In this document: positions 17,663-26,367 of the stretch, piece by piece
Layout of the letters: every line of letters begins with the position of its first letter
Numbering within the stretch: position 1 is the first letter of the stretch
Assembly: GCF_022024275.1 (NCBI RefSeq)
Contig: NZ_CP091804.1
Span: forward strand, 3,700,198-3,732,098
DNA length: 31,901 nt
Origin: Sphingopyxis sp. BSN-002
Lineage (GTDB): Bacteria > Pseudomonadota > Alphaproteobacteria > Sphingomonadales > Sphingomonadaceae
Direction: 5' to 3'
Made by a program: the position numbers and the translations under genes
Notes under the pieces: model-generated
Told to the model about the DNA's origin: nothing
Database searches by the model: none
Seen by the model: only the letters and a program-made list of their open reading frames with translations

Positions 17663-18114
17663 CAGTCGTCGGACTCCTCGCCAGTGAGATCGCGGCGCAG
17701 CGCGGTCCGGATATCGCCATAGGCCACCTGCGCGCGCCATCCGGCAAAAGCGGCGACGCCCAGCAGCACCCCGACGACGATCAGCGTCGCCAGCAGCGGC
17801 CCGACGTGCGGCAGCAGCACGAGGATCGCCCCGAACGCCAGCGCCAGCATCGCAATGCCCGCCGCCGACGCTGCAACGGCACCCCAGCCCGCGGTCCAGC
17901 TGATCCCGTGCAGCGCCAGTTCGCTGCGCGCTTCGAGCAGCGCCAGTTCGGCCTTCGCCGTCGCCGAGAGATTGTCGACGACATCGTCGACGATCTTCTC
18001 GAGCGGCACGGGCGGCGGCGTCACCGGACGGCCGCCCGGCGCATAGCCATGGCTTACACGGTCATAACCCGGCGCGTCGCCCTGCGGCGGCGTGGTGGAA
18101 TCGGACGTGGGCAT
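17662..18114 (-). CDS. phage-holin-family / YqjE-like (DUF1469) membrane protein
   Basis: 150 aa with a Pro-rich N-terminus followed by two long hydrophobic helices (WTAGWGAVAASAAGIAMLALAFGAILVLL and LLATLIVVGVLLGVAAFAGW). The architecture and context are as in the E. coli yqjD-yqjE-yqjK operon, recalled from memory. Confidence 0.6.
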   Translation of the reverse strand: MPTSDSTTPPQGDAPGYDRVSHGYAPGGRPVTPPPVPLEKIVDDVVDNLSATAKAELALLEARSELALHGISWTAGWGAVAASAAGIAMLALAFGAILVLLPHVGPLLATLIVVGVLLGVAAFAGWRAQVAYGDIRTALRRDLTGEESDD

Positions 18115-18131
18115 CGGTGCGACTGTAGCGA

Positions 18132-18674
18132 TCAGTCGTTGCTCGAGCCACCCTTGAGCAACCGCGCGAGCACGAAGCCGAGCACCGTTGCGGCGCCGAC
18201 CGCGATCGCCGGGTTCTTCTTGACCATGTCGCGGGTCGAAGCGGCGAGCTCGTCGAGATCCTTCTTGTCGAGCGTCGAGGCGAGGCCGGCGACGGTCGAG
18301 GCGGCCGAGCGGGCATAGTCGCCATACTGCTTGCCGAACTTGCTGTCCACGGTGCCGGCGCCATCCTCGAGCAGCTTGGCGAGGCTGCCGACGGCTTCGG
18401 CGGCCTTGTCCTTGCCCTTGGTCGCGGCTTCGCGCGCCTTGGTCGAGGCCTGGCTCTTCAGCGCTGCCGCTTCTTCCTTCAGCGAGGCCGCCTTCTTCGA
18501 CGCTTCCGACTTGATGGTGTCGCGCGTCGCGGCAAGCTGGTCGCGGATCGGATGATCTTTCGCGGCCGCCTTCTTCACGGCGGGCTTGCGCGCCGGCGCA
18601 GCTTTCGTCGCGGCGGGTTTCGCAGGCGCCTTGGGTGCGGCTTTCTTGGCGGCGGGAGTAGCGGCTTTGGCCAT
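18132..18674 (-). CDS. tail-anchored DUF883-like protein with an N-terminal histone-H1-like Lys/Ala/Pro tail
   Basis: The ATG at 18674 is preferred over the GTG at 18680 because AAGAGGA lies 8 nt upstream. The N-terminus is AKAATPAAKKAAPKAPAKPAATKAAPARKPAVKKAAAK. It is followed by amphipathic helices and a C-terminal KKNPAIAVGAATVLGFVLARLL anchor resembling the YqjD/ElaB C-terminus. Confidence 0.6.
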   Translation of the reverse strand: MAKAATPAAKKAAPKAPAKPAATKAAPARKPAVKKAAAKDHPIRDQLAATRDTIKSEASKKAASLKEEAAALKSQASTKAREAATKGKDKAAEAVGSLAKLLEDGAGTVDSKFGKQYGDYARSAASTVAGLASTLDKKDLDELAASTRDMVKKNPAIAVGAATVLGFVLARLLKGGSSND

Positions 18675-18750
18675 GGGCACTGTCCTCTTCTTTTTTCAGG
18701 GCCTTTTCCGGCGGAGGATGCCGGACAGGTCCCTTTTCGGTCCTACCCGA

Positions 18751-18780
18751 CTATATAGCAAGGCAAGCTGAATGGTTCCA
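18751..18780 (-). promoter_or_regulatory. candidate promoter of the stress cluster (minus strand TGGAAC-17 nt-TATATA)
   Basis: Read on the minus strand. The GGAAC -35 resembles EcfG-type promoters, but the -10 is TATATA, not the (C/G)GTT expected for EcfG. The sigma factor assignment is therefore open. Confidence 0.3.
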
Positions 18781-18831
18781 TAGTGCCGCAAAATTCCTAT
18801 GCGTATTGCGCTCCCGGCAACCCGCCGATAA

Positions 18832-20163
<1,332 letters not shown>

Positions 20164-20178
20164 GTCTCACCCCAATTT

Positions 20179-20207
20179 CGTCATCCCGGATCAAGTCCGG
20201 GGTGACG
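20179..20207. terminator. 12-bp hairpin CGTCATCCCGGA-TCAAG-TCCGGGGTGACG between convergent eno and peptidase genes (REP-like, bidirectional terminator candidate)
   Basis: The stem was read directly and has one G-U pair. This sequence type (GTCATCCCGG...CCGGGGTGAC) looks like common alphaproteobacterial intergenic palindromes. Confidence 0.55.
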
Positions 20208-20219
20208 AAGGGAGGGGGC

Positions 20220-22151
20220 TCACTTCCCCTTCAGATATTTGTCGAACCAGCCGATCGTGCGGCGCAGCGCGTCGAGCTGGGTTTCGCGCTTCTGGAAGCC
20301 GTGGCCTTCGGCGGGGTAGAAGACGGTCTCGACCGTATTGCCCTTGGCTTTCAGGATATCCTCGACCTCCTGCGCCTGGCCCTTGGGGACGCGGATGTCG
20401 TTCTCGCCCTGCAGGCTGAGCAGCGGGGCCTTCGCCGCCTTGATATAGGTCAGCGGCGAGGAGGCGTCGTAGACGTCGGGATTCTCGTCTGGCGTGCCGA
20501 GCAGCGCACGTTGATAGGCACGGAGCAGTTCGTCCTGGTCGCGGTACATCGTGCGCCAGTTGATGATCCCGAACCATTGCACCGCCGCGGCGAATTCGTC
20601 GGGGGTACGGCCGATCGCCATCAGCGTCATGAAGCCGCCGTACGAGCCGCCGAAGATGCCGACCCGTTTCGGATCGACATAGCCCGACCCGACGAGGAAG
20701 GTCTTGGCCGCGACAGTGTCTTTCAGGTCGCCGCCGCCCAGATCCTTGATGTTGGCCTCCTGAAACGCTTTGCCATAGCCGGTCGAGCCGCGGAAATTCG
20801 GCTGGATCACGATATAACCGCGCGTCGCGAAGGCGGTCGCATAGCGCGAGAAGCCGTCCTGCGACTGCCCGGTCGGGCCGCCGTGCGGGATGACGATCGC
20901 GGGGTTGCTGCCGTCGCGCTTCAGGTTGAACGGCATGGTGACGATCGCGCTGATCAGCGTGCCGTCGAAGCTCTTGTAGGTCACGATCTGCGATTTCGGC
21001 AGCATCGCGGGGGTCAGGCTGGCCATTGCCATCGGCGCGACCGTCGCCGCGCTATTGGCTGCGAGATCGTAGCTGTAAAGCGTCGTCGGCGAGTCCGCGC
21101 CGCTGCGCACGACGAACATGTGCTTGCCGTCGGGCGAGACGGGTTGCAGCCCGGGGATGCTGTTGCGGCCGGGATCGAGCGCGAGATCGCTCTTCGCCAT
21201 CGTTGCCAGATCGACGCGCGCCAGCGTCGAGCGGCCGTCATTGTTCGTGCGCACGATCATCGTCTTGCCGTCGGGGGTGATGATGTCGCTCGACTCTTCC
21301 CACGGCGTGGCGGGCAGCCAGCGCCATTTCTTCGTCGCGGGCGCATAGGCGCCGGCGTGCGACTGGCCTGTCCCCTCGTCGGTCGTTACCGCCAGCGTCG
21401 CGCCGTCGGCGGTCGCGCCGGTCGCCTGATAGATCGTCTTCGGCTTGCCGAGCAGCTTCGTCGCCGCGCCGCTGGCGACATCGATCCGCCAGACCTCGCC
21501 ATCGGACCCGTCGACGTTGCTGCGGTTCGCGATGATCGCCTTGCCGCCGTCGACCCATGCCGCGGCCGCCCAGTTGTAGGCGGGATTCTTCTCGGCGGTC
21601 AGCGCGCGGATTTTTCCGTTCTCGTCCATCACCGCGAGATTGGTCTGGCCTTCGCTCTTGAGCTTGGTCGACAGCGCGACGAGCCCGCCGGCCGGGCCGA
21701 CGAGCATGCTGTCCTCGCGCCGGTCGGGGGTGCCGGTCAGATTCTCGACCGTGCCGCCGCCGACTGGGACGCGGTAGATGTCGTAATATTCGTTCCCGCC
21801 GACATCCTGTGCGAAATAGAGCCACCGGCCGTCGCGCGATACGGCGAGGCCCGATTGCGCGTCGTCCGACTGCGTCAGCTGCACCGGCCAGCCGCCGTTC
21901 GCATCCATGCGCCAGATGTTGACGCGGCCGGTCAGGTCGGTCGCGATGAAGATCTGCTTGCCGTCGGCGCTCCACACCGCGTCATAGAGTGCGCGCGTCA
22001 CGCCGATATCGTCGAGCGGGACGGGGCGGGCGTCGGGGTTTGCGGGTGAGGCCACCGCCTTCGGATCGGTGATCGGGCGTTCGGGCGTGGCGACCTGCGC
22101 GGCAAGCGGCGAAGCGGAGGCGAGCAGGGCGGCGGTCAGCATCAGGCGCAT
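20220..22151 (-). CDS. S9-family serine peptidase (prolyl oligopeptidase/DPP type) with an N-terminal beta-propeller, secreted
   Basis: The start is re-picked to MRLMLTAALLASASPLAAQ (ATG 22151..22149, AGAGGAA upstream). Catalytic triad contexts are GGSYGGFMT (Ser), GENDIRVP (Asp) and AEGHGF (His). The N-terminal half shows TolB-like repeats (SPDGK, SRDGRW). Confidence 0.9.
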   Translation of the reverse strand: MRLMLTAALLASASPLAAQVATPERPITDPKAVASPANPDARPVPLDDIGVTRALYDAVWSADGKQIFIATDLTGRVNIWRMDANGGWPVQLTQSDDAQSGLAVSRDGRWLYFAQDVGGNEYYDIYRVPVGGGTVENLTGTPDRREDSMLVGPAGGLVALSTKLKSEGQTNLAVMDENGKIRALTAEKNPAYNWAAAAWVDGGKAIIANRSNVDGSDGEVWRIDVASGAATKLLGKPKTIYQATGATADGATLAVTTDEGTGQSHAGAYAPATKKWRWLPATPWEESSDIITPDGKTMIVRTNNDGRSTLARVDLATMAKSDLALDPGRNSIPGLQPVSPDGKHMFVVRSGADSPTTLYSYDLAANSAATVAPMAMASLTPAMLPKSQIVTYKSFDGTLISAIVTMPFNLKRDGSNPAIVIPHGGPTGQSQDGFSRYATAFATRGYIVIQPNFRGSTGYGKAFQEANIKDLGGGDLKDTVAAKTFLVGSGYVDPKRVGIFGGSYGGFMTLMAIGRTPDEFAAAVQWFGIINWRTMYRDQDELLRAYQRALLGTPDENPDVYDASSPLTYIKAAKAPLLSLQGENDIRVPKGQAQEVEDILKAKGNTVETVFYPAEGHGFQKRETQLDALRRTIGWFDKYLKGK

Positions 22152-22208
22152 GGCGATTCCTCTTTCTGCGATGTCGTGCAACGTGGCAGACGTCATACTG
22201 TATTGCAA

Positions 22209-22228
22209 GAGCAATACACGTCAAAATT
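22209..22228. promoter_or_regulatory. palindromic operator candidate TGTATTGC-AAGA-GCAATACA (core GTATTG-N7-CAATAC), site 1
   Basis: Perfect 8-bp arms. The core starts 59 nt upstream of the peptidase ATG (22151). On the minus strand it lies between TTGACG and TACAGT hexamers with a 16-nt spacer. The same core recurs at 28542..28560. Confidence 0.45.
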
Positions 22229-22269
22229 GTTTTCGTCATAAGCCGCTGATATAGCTGTATTTCACCCGA

Positions 22270-22297
22270 AACCCATGTTTTCCCGCTAACATGGGTT
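22270..22297. other. perfect 10-bp inverted repeat AACCCATGTT-8 nt-AACATGGGTT in an A/T-rich divergent intergenic region
   Basis: Read directly. It is flanked by direct repeats CACCCGA (22263..22269 and 22305..22311) and followed by TTTTTT (22312..22317). Function is unknown. Confidence 0.4.
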
Positions 22298-22474
22298 ATA
22301 GTCACACCCGATTTTTTCAGGCTATGCAGGTTTCTGACGACTGCGGTTTCACCACTGATCGGCTTTTTGTGGTTCGGCTTTTGCCTGCAGTCTCCGTCGT
22401 TGCATGACCGGCCGATCGAAAACTTTGCCGAGGGCTTGGGTCGCACCTGCTCCCGTCGAAGAGGGAGTTTTGTC

Positions 22475-22672
22475 ATGCGTGCCTTTCACATATTGCTTGA
22501 AGACGATGGGTCGGACACGCCGATCCGTGTCGATTTTCACGCGGAAACCCCTGACAATGCGCTGATCGTCGCGCAGGGCCATGCCGGCGGCCGTTCGATG
22601 GAGTTGTGGGAAGGGGCGGTGCTCGTCGGGTCGCTCGACAAGGCGGCGCCGCAGCTCTGGCGCCTCACCTGA
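22475..22672 (+). CDS. small hypothetical protein (65 aa)
   Basis: The ATG at 22475 is preceded by GAAGAGGGAG about 8 nt upstream. The product MRAFHILLEDDGSDTPIRVDFHAETPDNALIVAQGHAGGRSMELWEGAVLVGSLDKAAPQLWRLT has no family I recognise. The upstream part of track ORF 22367.. is rejected as leader. Confidence 0.45.
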   Translation: MRAFHILLEDDGSDTPIRVDFHAETPDNALIVAQGHAGGRSMELWEGAVLVGSLDKAAPQLWRLT

Positions 22673-22762
22673 TCGCATTCAGGCTTTGCTGACGGGAAAA
22701 TTCGCGGAAAAAGCCGCTGCTCCGCCTTGACGCCGCGAATCAACTCTGATTCAAGGGCCGAA

Positions 22763-23089
22763 ATGACGCAGAAGCACAAATTCCGGAAATCGATGAACCG
22801 GGCGGTCGGCCCCACGGTGGCGCTGATCGCGGTGCTGGCGATGATCGGTTACATCATCTTCGGGCCCACCGGGCTTTATGCCTGGGGCGACTATGGTCAG
22901 TCGGTCGAAAAGAAGCGCGTCGTGCTGACCGAGCTCACCAAGAAGCAGACCGAACTCCAGAACCGGGTGAATTTGCTCGATCGGCGGCGCGTCGATCCCG
23001 ACCTCGCCGACGAATATGTCCGCGAGAAGCTGGGTGTGATGCACCCCGATGAAATCCAGATTCCGCTGGAGCCCGACGCAAAGCCCTGA
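22763..23089 (+). CDS. ftsB: septum formation initiator (FtsB/DivIC family)
   Basis: The start is re-picked to MTQKHKF. It has a single N-terminal TM (VALIAVLAMIGYIIFG), then a coiled coil (LTKKQTELQNRVNLL) and a DPDLADEYVREKLGVMHPDE motif. It sits upstream of pdhA, as is usual in alphaproteobacteria. Confidence 0.8.
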   Translation: MTQKHKFRKSMNRAVGPTVALIAVLAMIGYIIFGPTGLYAWGDYGQSVEKKRVVLTELTKKQTELQNRVNLLDRRRVDPDLADEYVREKLGVMHPDEIQIPLEPDAKP

Positions 23090-23137
23090 GCAGGGTTTGC
23101 ATATTTTGCATACGTAAAACGAGGACCCTCTCGCGCG

Positions 23138-23166
23138 TTGCCAAACGGGGCTTCGCGCTCCTATAG
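23138..23166 (+). promoter_or_regulatory. candidate sigma-70 promoter for pdhAB (TTGCCA-17 nt-CTATAG)
   Basis: Hexamers and spacing were read directly. It is about 40 nt before the pdhA TTG start. A TTTGCATA direct duplication lies upstream at 23097..23113. Confidence 0.3.
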
Positions 23167-23206
23167 GGGTGCCCTGCCGTAACGGCTAACCGTAAAGGAA
23201 CCCGCC

Positions 23207-24277
23207 TTGGCCAAAGCCCCTGCGCGCAAGACTGCTGCGCCGAAAAAGACCGCGTCGACCCCGGCGCCGACCACGAACCGCGAATCTCCGCGCGATCCCG
23301 CACCCTATGATGCGACGCCCGCGGAACTCGAGAAATTCTATCGCGAGATGCTGCTCATCCGCCGCTTCGAGGAGAAGGCAGGCCAGCTCTATGGCCTCGG
23401 CCTGATCGGCGGCTTTTGCCACCTCTATATCGGTCAGGAGGCGGTCGCGGTCGGCCTGCAGTCGGCGCTCGACGGCGACAAGGACAGCGTGATCACCGGC
23501 TATCGCGATCATGGTCACATGCTCGCCTACGGCATCGACCCCAAGGTGATCATGGCCGAGCTGACCGGTCGCGCTGCCGGCATTTCGCGCGGCAAGGGCG
23601 GTTCGATGCACATGTTCAGCGTCGAGCATAAATTCTATGGCGGCCACGGCATCGTCGGCGCGCAGGTGTCGCTCGGCACCGGGCTCGCCTTCGCGCACAA
23701 GTACCGCGGCGACGGCGGCATCGCGATGGCCTATTTCGGCGACGGCGCCGCGAACCAGGGTCAGGTTTACGAGAGCTTCAACATGGCCGAGCTGTGGAAG
23801 CTGCCGATCATCTTCGTGATCGAGAACAACCAATATGCCATGGGCACCTCGGTCAACCGCTCGTCGGCCGAGGATCAGCTCTATCGCCGCGGCGAGAGCT
23901 TCCGCATTCCCGGCATGCAGGTCGACGGCATGGACGTGCTCGCGGTGCGCGGCGCGGCCGAGGCGGCGATCGAGTGGGTGCGCGCGGGCAAGGGCCCGGT
24001 GCTGATGGAGCTCAAGACCTATCGCTATCGCGGCCACTCGATGTCCGACCCCGCGAAGTACCGCAGCCGCGAGGAAGTGCAGGCGGTGCGCGACAAGAGC
24101 GACGCGATCGAGCATCTGAAGAAGCTGATGACCGACGCGGGCATCACCGAGGACAAGTTCAAGGAAATCGACAAGGAGATCCGCCAGATCGTCAGCGACG
24201 CGGCCGACTTTGCCGAAAGCGCGCCCGAACCCGAACTTCACGAACTTTATACCGACGTGCTGGTGGAGCAATATTGA
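23207..24277 (+). CDS. pdhA: pyruvate dehydrogenase E1 component subunit alpha
   Basis: 356 aa with a TTG start and AAAGGAA 6 nt upstream. It has a ThDP-binding GDGAANQG(Q)...NN motif and the [11 protein letters not shown] phospho-loop motif. Confidence 0.95.
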   Translation: MAKAPARKTAAPKKTASTPAPTTNRESPRDPAPYDATPAELEKFYREMLLIRRFEEKAGQLYGLGLIGGFCHLYIGQEAVAVGLQSALDGDKDSVITGYRDHGHMLAYGIDPKVIMAELTGRAAGISRGKGGSMHMFSVEHKFYGGHGIVGAQVSLGTGLAFAHKYRGDGGIAMAYFGDGAANQGQVYESFNMAELWKLPIIFVIENNQYAMGTSVNRSSAEDQLYRRGESFRIPGMQVDGMDVLAVRGAAEAAIEWVRAGKGPVLMELKTYRYRGHSMSDPAKYRSREEVQAVRDKSDAIEHLKKLMTDAGITEDKFKEIDKEIRQIVSDAADFAESAPEPELHELYTDVLVEQY

Positions 24278-24278
24278 G

Positions 24279-25658
24279 ATGGCCATCGAACTGAAGATGC
24301 CGGCGCTGTCGCCGACGATGGAAGAGGGCACGCTCGCCAAGTGGCTCGTCAAGGAAGGCGACACGGTGAAGTCGGGCGACATCCTTGCCGAGATCGAGAC
24401 CGACAAGGCGACGATGGAATTCGAAGCGATCGACGAAGGCACGATCGCGTCGATCCTGGTTGCCGAGGGCACCGACAATGTGAAGGTCGGCACCGTGATC
24501 GCGACGATCGCGGGCGAGGGCGAAGAAGCTGCCGCTCCGGCACCGGCGCCTGCGGCTGCTCCGGCTCCGGTCGAAGCCCCGGCGCCGGCTCCCGCCGCGG
24601 CACCTGCTCCGGCGCCTGCCGCTCCGGCACCGGTGGCCCGTGCGTCCGACCCTTCGATCCCCGAAGGCACCGCCACGGTCCGTCTGACCGTTCGCGAAGC
24701 GCTGCGCGATGCAATGGCCGAGGAAATGCGCGCCGACGACCGCATCTTTGTGATGGGTGAGGAAGTCGCCGAATATCAGGGCGCGTACAAGGTGACGCAG
24801 GGCCTGCTCGACGAGTTCGGCGCGCGCCGCGTCATCGACACGCCGATCACCGAATATGGCTTTGCCGGTCTCGGCTCGGGCGCCGCGATGGGCGGTTTGA
24901 AGCCGGTCATCGAGTTCATGACCTTCAACTTCGCCATGCAGGCGATCGACCACATCATCAACTCGGCCGCGAAGACCAACTATATGTCGGGCGGCCAGAT
25001 GCGCTGTCCGATCGTGTTCCGCGGTCCCAACGGCGCGGCGAGCCGCGTCGCCGCGCAGCACAGCCAGAATTATGCGCCCTGGTACGCCAGCGTTCCCGGC
25101 CTGATCGTGATCTCGCCCTATGACGCCGCCGACGCCAAGGGACTGCTCAAGGCCGCAATCCGCAGCGAAGACCCCGTCGTCTTCCTCGAGAACGAGCTGC
25201 TCTATGGCCGCAGCTTCGACATCCCCGATGTCGCCGACTATGTCCTGCCGATCGGCAAGGCGCGGATCATGCGCGAGGGCAGGGACGTGACGATCGTCAG
25301 CTATTCGATCGGCGTCGGGCTCGCGCTCGAAGCCGCCGACACGCTGGCAGGCGAGGGGATCGAGGCCGAGGTCATCGACCTTCGCACGCTGCGCCCGCTC
25401 GATACCGCAACGGTGCTTGCCAGCCTGAAGAAGACCAACCGCCTCGTTATCGTCGAGGAAGGCTGGCCGACCTGTTCGATCGCCAGCGAACTCGCGATGG
25501 TCGCGATGGAGCAGGGCTTCGACGATCTCGACGCTCCCGTCGTGCGCGTCTGCAACGAGGACGTGCCGCTGCCCTATGCGCATAATCTCGAAAAGGCGGC
25601 GCTGGTCGACACCCCGCGCGTCATCGCGGCGGTGAAGGCGATCACCAATCGCGGCTGA
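24279..25658 (+). CDS. pdhB: pyruvate dehydrogenase E1 component subunit beta with an N-terminal lipoyl domain
   Basis: The start is re-picked to [22 protein letters not shown] (ATG 24279, 1 nt after the pdhA stop). It has a lipoyl-lysine motif [12 protein letters not shown], an Ala/Pro linker ([35 protein letters not shown]), then a canonical E1 beta body ([14 protein letters not shown]...). Confidence 0.95.
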   Translation: MAIELKMPALSPTMEEGTLAKWLVKEGDTVKSGDILAEIETDKATMEFEAIDEGTIASILVAEGTDNVKVGTVIATIAGEGEEAAAPAPAPAAAPAPVEAPAPAPAAAPAPAPAAPAPVARASDPSIPEGTATVRLTVREALRDAMAEEMRADDRIFVMGEEVAEYQGAYKVTQGLLDEFGARRVIDTPITEYGFAGLGSGAAMGGLKPVIEFMTFNFAMQAIDHIINSAAKTNYMSGGQMRCPIVFRGPNGAASRVAAQHSQNYAPWYASVPGLIVISPYDAADAKGLLKAAIRSEDPVVFLENELLYGRSFDIPDVADYVLPIGKARIMREGRDVTIVSYSIGVGLALEAADTLAGEGIEAEVIDLRTLRPLDTATVLASLKKTNRLVIVEEGWPTCSIASELAMVAMEQGFDDLDAPVVRVCNEDVPLPYAHNLEKAALVDTPRVIAAVKAITNRG

Positions 25659-25701
25659 GGCGCCGGAGACGGCCCAATATCCGGACATCCGCGATCCGCG
25701 C

Positions 25702-26280
25702 GTGATGGTGGCGGTGCCCCGTGAGGAGCGACCCGCCATCGCCGTGCTGTGGGCGTTCGCCGAACGGCTGACCAAGCTGCTGCAGGATGCGCGCGAGCCG
25801 CTGATCGGCCAGATCAAGCTCGCCTGGTGGCGCGACATGATGGCGATGCTTGCAAAGGATCCCGCGGCGCTGCCGAAGGGCGAGCCGTTGCTTGCCGAAT
25901 TGCAGGCAGGCTGGGCGGGACGGAGCGGTCTCGACGCGCTCGTCGATGCCGCCGAGGCGATGCTGCTTGCGGAAGATGGTGCGACGCGTGGCGAGGCTTC
26001 CGCAGCTTTCGGCGAAACGCTGTTTGGGCTGTCGGGCGCTCCGGGCGGCGCGCGCTGGGGGATGCTCTGGGGCGCGGGCCTCCAGGAGGGCGCCGAGGAA
26101 GCGCGCCAGTTATTTTCCGGGGCGCGTAACCGGCAGGCGCCGCCGCGCGTATCCTTTAGAGGAAACAAGGCTTTGCTGATGCTCGATCGCTGGGCGGCGA
26201 TGATCGCTGCGAACGACGGCGAACGGCACTGGCGCAGCGAAGGCTTGCTCCTGTTCCGTATCGGTCTGCTCGGCCGCTGA
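25702..26280 (+). CDS. short squalene/phytoene-synthase-family-like protein (uncertain)
   Basis: 191-192 aa starting at GTG 25702 or ATG 25705. An in-frame TGA at 25633 limits extension. IAVLWAFAERL...IKLAWWRD resembles the N-terminal helices of the SQS/PSY superfamily, but the protein is short and I saw no Asp-rich motifs. Confidence 0.45.
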   Translation: MMVAVPREERPAIAVLWAFAERLTKLLQDAREPLIGQIKLAWWRDMMAMLAKDPAALPKGEPLLAELQAGWAGRSGLDALVDAAEAMLLAEDGATRGEASAAFGETLFGLSGAPGGARWGMLWGAGLQEGAEEARQLFSGARNRQAPPRVSFRGNKALLMLDRWAAMIAANDGERHWRSEGLLLFRIGLLGR

Positions 26281-26367
26281 CGGAATAAATGTCGCCGGGG
26301 GTGGAAAAGCTGCCGCCGAACATATATCTAGTGCGGTACAGAAATAGGGTCGCAGGGGACATAGACG

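Noticed and set aside
18751-18780. EcfG (general stress sigma) promoter upstream of the stress cluster
   Set aside because: A GGAAC -35-like element is present, but the expected (C/G)GTT -10 at 16-17 nt is not. It is kept only as a generic low-confidence promoter candidate, not as an EcfG site.
22200-22250. Three CGTCA(T/A) motifs resembling Pho-box half-sites near the peptidase promoter
   Set aside because: The spacings (28 and 15 nt) do not follow the 11-bp phasing required for PhoB boxes.
24520-24650. Tandem-like GC-rich DNA repeat (GCTCCGGC/GCGCCTGC units)
   Set aside because: It encodes the Ala/Pro swinging-arm linker of the lipoyl domain. It is a coding-sequence composition effect, not an independent repeat element or CRISPR-like array.
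23186-26168. Minus-strand ORFs 23186..24745 (519 aa) and 24192..26168 (658 aa)
   Set aside because: They are antisense to pdhA, pdhB and the following gene. Their poly-Ala/Gly stretches simply mirror the Ala/Pro linker of pdhB.
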